Below, piece by piece: positions 25,084 to 35,755 of a stretch of DNA of 64,000 nt. The notes beneath the pieces were generated by a model. That model was given only the letters and a program-made list of their open reading frames with translations, was not told the DNA's origin and ran no database searches. Each line of letters opens with the position of its first letter. The stretch's first letter is position 1. The position numbers and the translations under genes were made by a program. The stretch comes from the human T2T-CHM13v2.0 reference genome, Homo sapiens, in assembly GCF_009914755.1 (NCBI RefSeq), contig NC_060934.1, one strand, 5' to 3'.

Positions 25084-26234
25084 TTAAGCAATACCATTCA
25101 GGGCGTGGGCACAGGAAAAAATTTCGTGACAAAAACATCAAAAGCAACTGCAACAAAAGCAAAAATTGACAAATGGGATCTCATTAAACTAAAGAGCTTT
25201 TGCACAGCAAAAGAAATTGTCATCAGAGTGAACAAACAACCTACAGAATAGGAGAAAGCTTTTGCAATATATCCATCTGACAAAGGTTTAATATCCAGAA
25301 TCTACAAGGAACGTAAACAAATTTACAAGAAAAAAAAATGAACAACCCCATCAAAAAGTGGGTAACGGATATAAACAGACACTTCTCAAAAGAAGGCATT
25401 CATGTGGCCGCCAAACGTATGAGAAAAAAACCTCAACATCACTGATCATTAGAGAAATGCAAATCAAAACCAAAATGAGATACCATCTCATGCCAGTCAG
25501 AATGGCAATAATTAAAAAGTCAAGAAACAACAGATGCTGGTGAGGCTGTGGAGAAATAGGAACGCTTTTACACTGTTGATGGGAATGTACACTGTCTTCA
25601 ACTATTGTGGAAGACAGTGTGGCAGTTCCTCAAGGATGTAGAAACAGAAATACCATTTAACCCAGCAATCCCGTTACTGGGTATATACCCAAAGGAATGT
25701 AAATAATTCTGTAATAAATATGCATTCACATGTATGTTTATTGTAGCACTATTCACAATAGCAAAGACATGGAATCAACCCAAAGCCCATTAAAAATAAG
25801 TGGATAAAGAAAATATGGTACATGTATACCATGGAATACTATACAGCCATAAAAAGGAATGAGATCATGTCCTTTGCAAGGACATGAATGGAGCTAGAAG
25901 CCATTATCCTCAGCAAGCTAATACAGAAACAGAAAACCAAACACCACATGTTCTCACTCATAAGTGGGAGCTGAACAATGAAAACACATGGACACATGGA
26001 GGGGAACTACACACACTGGGGCCTGTCATGGGGCAGGGGTGAGGGGAGGGAGAGCATCAGGATAAATAGCTAATGTATGTGGGGCTTAATACCTTGGTGA
26101 TGGGTTGATAGATGCAGCAAACCACCGTGGCGTACGTTTATCTGTGTAACAAACCTGCACATCCTGCACATGTATCCCAGAACTTAAAATTAAATTAAAT
26201 TAAATTAAAAATAAAGAAAAATAAAAAATAAAAA
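25084..26234 (+). mobile_element. L1PA (PA11-13-like) ORF2 3' end, 3'UTR and poly(A)
   Basis: GCAATACCATTCAGG...[32 protein letters not shown], 3'UTR GGGAGAGCATCAGGATAAATAGCTAATG, A-rich tail; TSD-like AAAAATA(T)CCCT at ~24401 and ~26230. Confidence 0.95.
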
Positions 26235-26245
26235 TACCCTTAATC

Positions 26246-26577
26246 TTTCTTTTTTTGTTGTTGTCGGTAGGTTCTGTTTTGTTTTGTTTAGGTCTCACTT
26301 TGTCACCCAGGCGGCTGGAGTGCAGAGGCACTATCATGGCTCACTGCAACCCTATCTCCTGTTCTCAAGTGATCCTCCCTCCTCAGTCTCCGAGTAGCTG
26401 GGACCATAGGTGTGTGCCACATCTTGCTAATTTTTCTTTCTTTTTTTTTTTTTTTTTTGTAGAGACAGGGTTTTGTCATTTTGCCCAAGCTGGTCTCCAC
26501 CTCCTGGGCTCAAATGATCTGCCTGCCTCAGCCTCCCAAAGTACTGGGATTACAGCCATGAGCCACTGCGCCCAGCC
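26246..26577 (-). mobile_element. Alu SINE, AluJ
   Basis: GGTCTCACTTTGTCACCCAGG...CTCCTGGGCTCAAATGATCTGCC...GAGCCACTGCGCCCAGCC; tail-to-tail with the L1. Confidence 0.92.
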
Positions 26578-28214
26578 CCTAGTCTCTCAATTTGTAATGG
26601 GAATAGCAGTTCGCTTCCAAAAGATTAGAAATGAGGAATGACAAAAAATTATAGAGGCAAGAATTATTTTTGTTTCCCTGAGTCAACAATCCAGACAGCA
26701 CAGATAAACATATTTCTTGTTAGCAATGCAAGCCCAGAAACTACATGAGGAATTTCCATCACAAAGTTTTGTTTTGGGGTTTCTGAAGTCACTTGCTGAA
26801 GATGGAAGAAGAAGGTGGCGACTCTGCTGCCTTCCTCTATTTGCAAAAGACAAATGAAGATGCATGAGGTAGGGTCGGCAGGCTCCCCCTGTTAGGTTGA
26901 TTTAAGGCCTGGTGATGAAGGCTTTCACCAGGCAGCCAGGTAAATCAGAAAGCCCAGGTCGGTAAGGATGGTGGAGGGACCATTTGGTCCTGCATCCTGA
27001 AGCTATTTCTCTCGTAACTGCAGTTGTCCATCAAGGCCAAGGTGGGAGCCACTGGGTAGCACAGCTTCAAGTTAAGCTTATTTTCTGAGCCTTATTATAC
27101 AAATAAAATTGTATTCCCTGGAGGCCTCAGCTGAAGAAGGAATTTCCTTACATAAGCCTTTTAAGAGCTGAGAACGGCATTGCCGCAGATCAGGTATTGA
27201 CAGTTTTCGAGGGCTGATAGCACGTGCGTTGCCAAGTGAGCACCTTTAAATGATCAGGAAGTTAGCCTCAGGGCACAGCCCGCTCCAGGTCTTTAGCGTC
27301 AGGCATGTTCAACTCAACCACAGGATGAGCGGGAGGAAGGTGGGGGCTCCTAAACATTCTGCCAAGAAGAATCCTGAGGCTTCCACAATCTCTGTCCATC
27401 AGTATTTGTCGCCACATATAGTGCAGTAAAAAGCAGAGTTCTGAGAGGCAGACGGGGAAGAGGCTTCACAAAAGCATCTGATAGCCACAGAAAATGAAGT
27501 ATCTTCCAATTACATAGCCAGGATCAGGGCGCATGCCGTCAAGAGCAGGCCTGCCTCGGCGTCAAGGGCTCTTCATTTCTGGGCTGGTTTTCTGAGTCTC
27601 CAAGTGAGCAATATTGACTTTCGCTGAGCCCACGAGCACATCTGGGAATGAGTGGAGCTTTCTCAAGGCAGCTTCTAACCACGTTGGAATGACATTTCAG
27701 GAAAACACTTAGCTCCAGCTGATCAGAACGCTCACTGTAAGTAAAAATGTTCTGTCCCTGCCTTTCGAAAGGTCTCGTGTGGCCTACGCATACTGCTAGT
27801 CACAAACAGCCTTGAGTCCTGCCTACAAGGGCAGTGCACCTGGATCTGAGGGCAAGCTGACCCCTGTAGGTTGGCTAGGTTCAAGCCCACTGTCCTCAGA
27901 CGAGAGAAGAAAAAAAGGACAGAATTTGCTCAGGTGTCTTTTGCCAAAGGCATAGTTGGGACTGGATTCTGCAGTGAAGCCGACTTAGATCAATGGCTTT
28001 CTACCCAAGGGGGAGGTGATTTGGGAAGGTAGCAGAGCCCGCAGTTGTCTATGCAGTGAGGACACACTGAATCCGGGCAGCTGAGGGAGCAGTGAGGAGA
28101 AGCGGAGGGGTGCAGATAGACATATAAGATGCAAATTCAAAAATGCCCTTCACCTCACCTGCAACTCCTTCACACATCACTGCTCTTACAGACCCCTCCA
28201 AACCACCTGGATGC

Positions 28215-28405
28215 TTCCCCACTCCACTACTTACTAGCTGTGTGACCCTGTGCAAGTTATGTAACCTCTCCAGGCCTCGGTTGACCCAGCAGGGAAATGG
28301 AAGTAATCATGTAACTTCAGACAGTTATATTGTAAGGACTGATATTATATGCAAAATGCTTAGAACAATGCCGGCACCTAGTAAAAATTGATCATCATTA
28401 TTTTT
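28215..28405 (+). mobile_element. MIR SINE
   Basis: CTACTTACTAGCTGTGTGACCCTGTGCAAGTTATGTAACCTCTC...TGCTTAGAACAATGCCGGCAC. Confidence 0.82.
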
Positions 28406-29317
28406 GTGTTGGCATTAATCAAACAAGAAAATACCATTGTTGGAACTTAATTATATATGTGGAGAAAGAGAAGAATTGGGAACTGACGTGCCCAAGGTTC
28501 CAGGGCTGTTAAGCAACAGAGCCACGCGCAGGCTGAAACCTCGTGCACAGTCTGGGGATGTTCCCAGCATGGGCTTCCTTATCCATGCTCAGCAACTCTG
28601 TCCTGGCCTTGCTGACCATAGGAAGCCTCCAAGGAGAGCTGGTAACATCTTTGCGCTAAACAGCACAGAGAATCTAGAATGGTGTTTCCCCACCTATTAA
28701 GTCTCACTTCATAAACTACTTTTTTTCTAGGTAGAATTCAAAGTTAGGCATTAAATTTGGACTAAGCTGAGATGACCCACAACTTTCTGGCATTCCACAA
28801 ACTGACCTGTTTCCATCTGCTGATTGTACTTGCAGCCAACATCAAAGCTTTAGCCCTTCAGCCCGATTATCAATATCATCTCACATAGAGGTGTCTCCTA
28901 TGAGATAAAAATGAGCCCACTTTAAGGAGTCGGGGAACTGTCAAGAGTGTCAGTAATCTTCCTCTGGGTAGTAATTTACCTCTCAGTAACCTGACATAGG
29001 GAGGCCAGCTTTGAAGCAGGAGAGGATGGCGAGGATGGCAACTGCAGGTGCCGTTGAGGAGCTCAGTATGCACTCAGTGGTGTGAGCAGAGAACAAGACT
29101 TGGTACAACAAAGCATATCACCCTGTAATGGCTTGGTGTTTGAGTGGGATTTGGACAGCCTTAGGAAACACTGAGGCTTCCTAAACTGAGATTCAGCAGC
29201 ATGAATTTCATATCTGGTGTTCTCTTGTTTCAATTCTGGTCTGCTAAGACTTAGAGATTGAATAATGCTTCTCACTCTGAAATATCGATGATCTCTTTCC
29301 ATTTTTTTTAATATGTG

Positions 29318-29675
29318 TGATATGGTTTTGGTTGGTGTCCTCACCCAAATCTCACCTTGAATCGTAATAATCTCCATTTGTCAAGGGTGGGATCAGGCAG
29401 AGATAACTGAATCACAGGGGAAGTTTCCGCCATACAGTTCTCGTGATAGTCAGTGAGCTCCCACGAGATCTGATGGTTTTATAAGGGGCTTTCCCCTTTG
29501 CTCAGCTCTCATTCTCCCTCCTGCCACCCTGTGAAGAGGTGCCTTCTGCCATGATTGTAAGTTTCCTAAGGCCTACCCAGCCATGTGGAACTGTGAGTCA
29601 ATTACACCTCTTTCCTTTATAAATTACACAGTCTCAGGTGTATCTTCATTAGCAGTATGAGAACAGACTAATACA
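29318..29675 (+). mobile_element. THE1C-like MaLR solo LTR
   Basis: TGATATGGTTTTGG...GAACAGACTAATACA; CCACCCTGTGAAGAGGTGCC; perfect 5-bp TSD ATGTG (29313-29317, 29676-29680). Confidence 0.94.
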
Positions 29676-29974
29676 ATGTGCTTTGGAAGAAGGAGAAAAC
29701 CAGACTGGTGTCCCAAGATTAAAATAAATGTGGGGTTTAGAAAGCTTCTATCACACAGGTGCGGCCTTTATTATTAAGATTTGCTGCAGGACCCTGAAGC
29801 AAGTTGCAAAATAAAATGTGTGTGAATGTGTGTGTCCATTTAATTTTGAAAGTTCTAATTCTTTAGGGTGCTTTTCGGTTTAAGGGTTTATCCTACAGGT
29901 TCAAAGGGGGTGCTCTTCTCTATGAAGTTGGAAAGCAGGTGAGCATACAGAGGTTTTAAGACAAGTTGTGCAAT

Positions 29975-30100
29975 GCCAGCAAGGTCCCTAGGAATAGGGG
30001 TCTTATCTTCTATCTTTTGCATCTTCCACAGTACTGGTTGCCCAGAAGACATCACTCAACAGGTGGTGAATACATGAAGGAGTGAATACATGAATGATTC
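29975..30100 (+). mobile_element. L2 3' end fragment
   Basis: GGGTCTTATCTTC...CACAGTACTGG...ACTCAACAGGTGGTGAATACATGAAGGAGTGAATACATGAATGA. Confidence 0.5.
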
Positions 30101-31072
30101 ATGTAATAAATGAGTGATGTGATCACAACATTCCCTCTGAAGTTCATCACAGCTTCTCTGTCCAGTCCAGATGGCCAAAGATGAGAGGAGAGTCCACTGT
30201 GTGCATGGCTAAGGGCCTCACAGTCCCTCCCTTCTAATCTCTGTGCTGGGAAGAGCCCAGGACCCATCAGCACCCAGACCAAAGCCTGTACCTGGCTCAG
30301 CTCCTTCCTATCCCTGTGGTCATGGGCAGGTCAGTTACCTTCTCTTAAGGCAGAACAAATACTGACCTTGACTTTTCCACTGGACTTCTGTAGCCATCCA
30401 AATGGTTGACCAAGGACTATGAAATATTTCTGGTTGATTTCTGTTTGTTGTTAATGTGTGTAATACAAAATTAATAAATGAAGTTCATCCTATCCACCCA
30501 CCTTATAATAAGCACTGGACATCTTACAAGACAAGTCATGAGAAGGGAGATGGGAAGGTACGAGCAGGCCAGACCATGATGGGGTGGCTGTCAACATAAC
30601 CAAGGAACTCCAAGGGAAGAACCCAGCATTGAATGGGCACCACCTCTGTGGCAGGTGCCTCATCCACACCTCGAATGTCAGATCCTCCCTTGGTAGCCAC
30701 CCTGGGCAGGTGTTAGCTTCTTTTGCAGGAAAGTAGGGAGGCCTGCTATGCCAGCACTGTTAGATGATGCAGAATGCTGATGGTCTGGAGGGAGGATGCC
30801 CCTCCTGCCGTTGGGGCCAGGATGGGTAGCTCTGCAAGTCTCTTTGGCGGACACAGGGCCTGAAGCTCTGCAGAGTGGTGATTTCTGTCTCCTTTGAACA
30901 TGTAAAGCATTTTCCCAGGCCCAAGACACCAATGAGAACTGTGAGTCTATAGGCAGATGAATCTTCTACCCCTGGCTGACTTTTGAAGGAAAAATACTGT
31001 CTCACAAGTGCAGACACAGCAGCATGCCCATGCTGGGTTCTCACCTCCGAGTGAGCCACACATGTGCATGGT

Positions 31073-31102
31073 ACACGCACACACACACACACACACACAC
31101 AC
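31073..31102. repeat. (CA)n microsatellite
   Basis: ACACGCACACACAC... run. Confidence 0.95.
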
Positions 31103-32479
31103 GGGTAATGGCAGCGGGTGCTGATGCCCAGCAGTGCAGTCCCCCAACCAGAGCTTCTCTGGCAAGGTGCTGTTCCGCTGGGAGCTGTCTTAGTCCTGAG
31201 GCAGCTTCGTGGATGACCTGGTCCATCAGCGGGAAGGCTTGGCCAACCACACTGGCCTTTCACCAAGGGGACTCAACTGTGGGAAAAAAAAAAAAAAAAG
31301 TTAAGCACAAGTCAAACTGCACTGTGTGAGGTGGTCTCCAGTGCATCTCAACAGGGCTAGGGCTGGGGCGACATGATGAAGCCAGACCGAGGGTGTGGCC
31401 ATGTCCTGGGGAGTGCAGCCCAGAGACCTCCTGATACGGCAAATGCTGGATTCACCGCTCTCTCTTTCCTGATGGTAAAAGAGAACTTGAGTCCCAGGCC
31501 ACTGTGGGATGGAGAGGAGAGAGGACAACCTGGGGAGACCGCCTGGAGCCCAAGACCCTACCCGCCCTATGAGTGTCCTCCAGGGAATTCAGCTGACTTC
31601 CTAGGCCACCAGCATTTCCTTCCCGATTTTCCCCATCAGTTTTATCTCCAAATTCATTAGTTTGCAGGAGGATTTGATTATTTCTCATGCACAAATAGAG
31701 TCCTGTAATCGCTCAGGGACTGAGAAATGTCTTTATTGTTCTCTGAAGAATATTACAGGTTTGTGGGTTTCCTTAGTTCACAGCCAGGGTGCAGGGCTCA
31801 GCCTGGCCTGGCAAAGCAGGGTGCCAGGGAAGAAGAGGAATCAAGTCCCAATGGGTGGGGGTGTTCCAGACACCCAAAGCTATCTTAGAAAAGGGCAAAG
31901 CCCCAGTACTCCCCTCCACTCTCTTGGAGACTTGGAATCACTGTTATCTATTTGCTTAAATGAAGGGGGTGGCAGAGGAAGAGATCAGTGGGGTATTTGG
32001 GTCCCTGTGGGTTTCTGTTTACAGGATAAACAAGGAGAGATCTCTATCGTGACCTGTAACTCCTTGATTCTGCTCTCAGTGCACCAGGTATGGAAACAGA
32101 TCTGGGGAGATCTTCAGGCTTAATATTCTCACCATAGTTTACTGGGGGCAGGAGAAGAGACCCAGCACTGGGAGGCTCCTTGGGGGCTGGAGGGTGGGCT
32201 AGAGAAACCCAGGGGCTTGGGGGAGAGGCTGAGCCACTCAGGGCTGCAGTGTTGCAGGGAACTGGTTGCTGTGGCAGCTTCACCCCAGAACCTGAAGTGG
32301 GGCTTTTGCAGGAGAAAGCACGTTCTCTGGGGGAAGGTCGCATGGTTTCTGGGCTCAACCCTCAGCCTGGCCCCTTCCCATGCCCCGTGCTCTTCCTGGC
32401 ACACCAGGGCCTCCCACGTCTTCCTCTGCCATCAGTCCCCAGGCTAGTGACTCCCGAAGCTTCAGCCAGACCATTCTTG

Positions 32480-33845
32480 GAGCTCCAGATGGCACAGACC
32501 ACAGCCTGCTCGGCAGCCTCCCTGCCATGTCCCCAACATACCCAAACGCATGTGTCCCAAACTGAGCTCTTCCCCACTGGCCCAGACCTGGTCCTCCCTC
32601 AGTGGCCCCCACTCTAAGGGAAGGGTCCACCCCACTATCTGCCCTGTCAGAAACCTGCAGGTCATCCTTGTCTTGCTCCTCTCTCCAATCTGTTCTCTGA
32701 ACCCATCAGTTCCATATTCTTAATCTTTGGGAAATAAGTATTTTCCCTCCACTCCCATGAGACTCCCAAAGCTCAGTCCCTGGTCTTCTTCCTTAGCTCT
32801 GCTGCCACAGCTGCTGTGACCTTGCCAGGACAGTGGCCACACCGCCACAGATAGCCCATCTAAAGCACACCTCATGGCCACTGCTGCCAGCTCAGACCCC
32901 TTCACAGCATCTACTGCCTTCAGGGAAGATGACAGAGGAATCCAGACTCTCGACTTCTGCACCCTCCTTTCTCGCTGTTTTCCTCCTTCTTGCCAAGTCC
33001 CAACTACCCTCCTCCACCTGGAGTCCCCAGAACCCAGCAAACACCCTCTCCTTGGCTCTTTGCCCCTGCTGGTCCCTCTACCCAGGATGCCTTTTCCTTC
33101 CTTCACTGCCTGACTAGTTCCTCCTGGTCTTTCATATCACCTCCTCCAGGAAGCCTTCTCTGATATGCAACTTTATCCCATCCCACCTCCCTTCTCCCAG
33201 TGATGCTGGACTTTTGCTTTTTGCTTCCCGAGGATAACAGACAAGCTCACCCAACACTAAAATAGTCTACACTGGGGGTCTATGCGCTGGACCACAGATC
33301 TGTTGGCTCCTAATTTTGGGATATAGGGGTCCATCATCATATCTCAAAAGTAAAGTTCAGCGGGGTTAATATTACTGCAGCCTACACAATAGCATTTTTA
33401 CAAGTAAACGTCTTAAAGCATGTATTTAAGCACATAGGTATGACCCTGGTATGGAATGTATGTGTTTGTGTGTTTTACCTAATGTATATGATGATATATT
33501 GACACACATATGTAATTTAATATTCCATTTTTACATATATTTGTATGTTATGTATAACATACAGTCTTTTATATTTATATGAAACAGAAATCTGTTGTGT
33601 GGATGTAATAGAGAGGGGATATGTAAGAAGCGTGGGCTACTAGAGGCTCTCGCTTTGAGAAACACAGCCCTGTGGCTTTGTTTCACTTACCCTAGAATGT
33701 TTGCTCCTTTGCAGAGCATCTCCTAATGACCGGAAGGCAGTGTCTGCTGTGTAAATGCATCTTTTTTGAGTTTCCAGATACTCTTCTCAAACCCAACAGT
33801 GCCCGGTACGGAGACAGCATGCATCCAGCAATTGTTGAATGAGAG
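32480..33845 (+). mobile_element. Highly diverged L2 LINE (3' region), with an unrelated AT-rich insert at ~33270-33670
   Basis: AGAAACCTGCAGGTCATCCTTG, CTTTGCCCCTGCTGGTCCCTCTACCCAGGATGCC, TCACCTCCTCCAGGAAGCCTTCTCTGA, 3' AACAGTGCCCGGTAC...TTGTTGAATGA. Confidence 0.6.
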
Positions 33846-34325
33846 TTCACATAACATAGGTACTTTGTCTGCCTTTCTCTTCTCTAACCATTTTTATTTA
33901 AAATCTACCACTTTTTAAAAAAAAAAATCTTTAAAAAAAACCATTTTTATTTAAAATCTAGAACAGGAAACTGGGGTGTACCGTCCCAGCCGAGCCACAC
34001 CCGATGGCCTACCTGTGGCCTGAGAACTGTCTGTGATTGGTGTGCTGTGGAGCAGACACATTCCACCTATGAACAGCCTGCTGCATGGCTCCATGCTATT
34101 TTGATGTGGGTAAAAGTAAAAGCAGTGTTTGAAAGGGTGCACAACCCCTGTCTCCGGCCACCTTTCCTGTCCGTGAGCGCAGACACGGTGCACAGGGACA
34201 CAGGCACCCTGCGCTGCTGCTGCGGAGTCCCAACGCCCCATCAAGTGCTGAGTCGACAAGCATCAGAAGGACCCTCCTGGGCACCACTCTTCTGCTGGAC
34301 TCCAGGGACACAGAGAGAAAATGAC

Positions 34326-34430
34326 CAGGAGTATCACTTGAACCCAGGAGGCAGAGGTTGCAGTGAGCTGAGATCGCACCACTGCACTCTATCCTGGGTG
34401 ACACAGTGAGACTCTGTCAATCAAAAAAAA
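34326..34430 (+). mobile_element. 5'-truncated Alu (right-arm 3' part, AluS-like)
   Basis: CAGGAGTATCACTTGAACCCAGGAGGCAGAGGTTGCAGTGAGCTGAGATCGCACC...GAGACTCTGTC then A tail; TSD-like AGAGAGAAARTGASCAG at ~34312 and ~34845. Confidence 0.9.
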
Positions 34431-34561
34431 AGAGAAAGAAAGAGAGAGAGAGAAAGAAGAAAGAAAGAAAGAAAGAAAGAAGAAAGAAATAGAAAGAGAG
34501 AGAAAGAAGAAAGAAAAAAGAAGGAAGGAAAGAGAAAGAAAAAGAAAGAAAGAGAAAGAAA

Positions 34562-34621
<60 letters not shown>

Positions 34622-34853
34622 AGAAAGGAAAGAAAAACAAAAGAAAGAGAGAGAGCAAGGGAGGGAGGGAGGGACGGAGGAAGGAAGTGGGGGGGAGAGA
34701 GAGAGGGGGAGGGAGGGAGGGAGGAAGGAAGTGGGGGGGAGAGAGAGGGGGGAGGGAGGGAGGGAGGAAAGAAGTGGGGGGACAGAGAGAGAGAGGGAGG
34801 GAGGGAGGGAGGGAGGAAGGAAGTGGGGGGGGAGAGAGAGAGAGAGAGAGAAA
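34423..34853. repeat. Compound purine tract: (GAAA)n microsatellite plus four ~43-50-bp GGGA/GA minisatellite units
   Basis: Perfect AAAG run ~34561-34620; unit GAGAGAG..GGGAGGGAGGGAGGGAGGAAGGAAGTGGGGGGG repeated four times ~34645-34832. Confidence 0.95.
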
Positions 34854-35340
34854 GTGAGCAGCACCTGCGCACTTAGGCTTGCAATTGTAGGGCATGGAGG
34901 ACTCCAGGCCATGGAGTGACAGTGCTGCAGGGTGGGGCCCGCAAGGGTGTGCTGGGTGCCTGGGTCCACGGAGGAGTCTCCCCTGGAGATGAGACTTCAG
35001 CTGCATCTAGACGCACGTGGCCTCCATGACAAGGCTCCTCAAGAGAACTTCCTGAGGCTGGGCCTTCACAGTGTGCTTGAGAAACACCCTCGCTCCTGCT
35101 GATCCCAGCTCTCTGGGGCCCTCCTCTGTGAATGACATCCTCACAGAGGGGACTCTGTGCTCTGGCACCTCCTGCACTCAGGGACCCCTTCCCTGGCACC
35201 ACCCTCAGGGCTGCTCCCCTTGGCCAGCCTCCTCCGCCACCATAACGCAGACCAGGAGGGGAGCAAGCGATCCCTCATCCTTCCTTCAATCAGCAGGGTC
35301 TTGTGGTGGGCTCTGGAGCCACCTTAAAAGCAGTCCCCTG

Positions 35341-35755
<415 letters not shown>

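Noticed and set aside
24528-25543. ORF2p-like ORFs
   Set aside because: Frameshifted, truncated L1 fragments spanning an inversion junction; no intact reverse transcriptase
34645-34832. Regularly spaced repeats superficially like a CRISPR array
   Set aside because: Eukaryotic low-complexity tandem units with no unique spacers and no cas genes
34389-35006. Long Pro/Ser/Leu/Phe-rich ORFs (151-205 aa)
   Set aside because: Stop-free reading of the pyrimidine strand of the purine repeat tract
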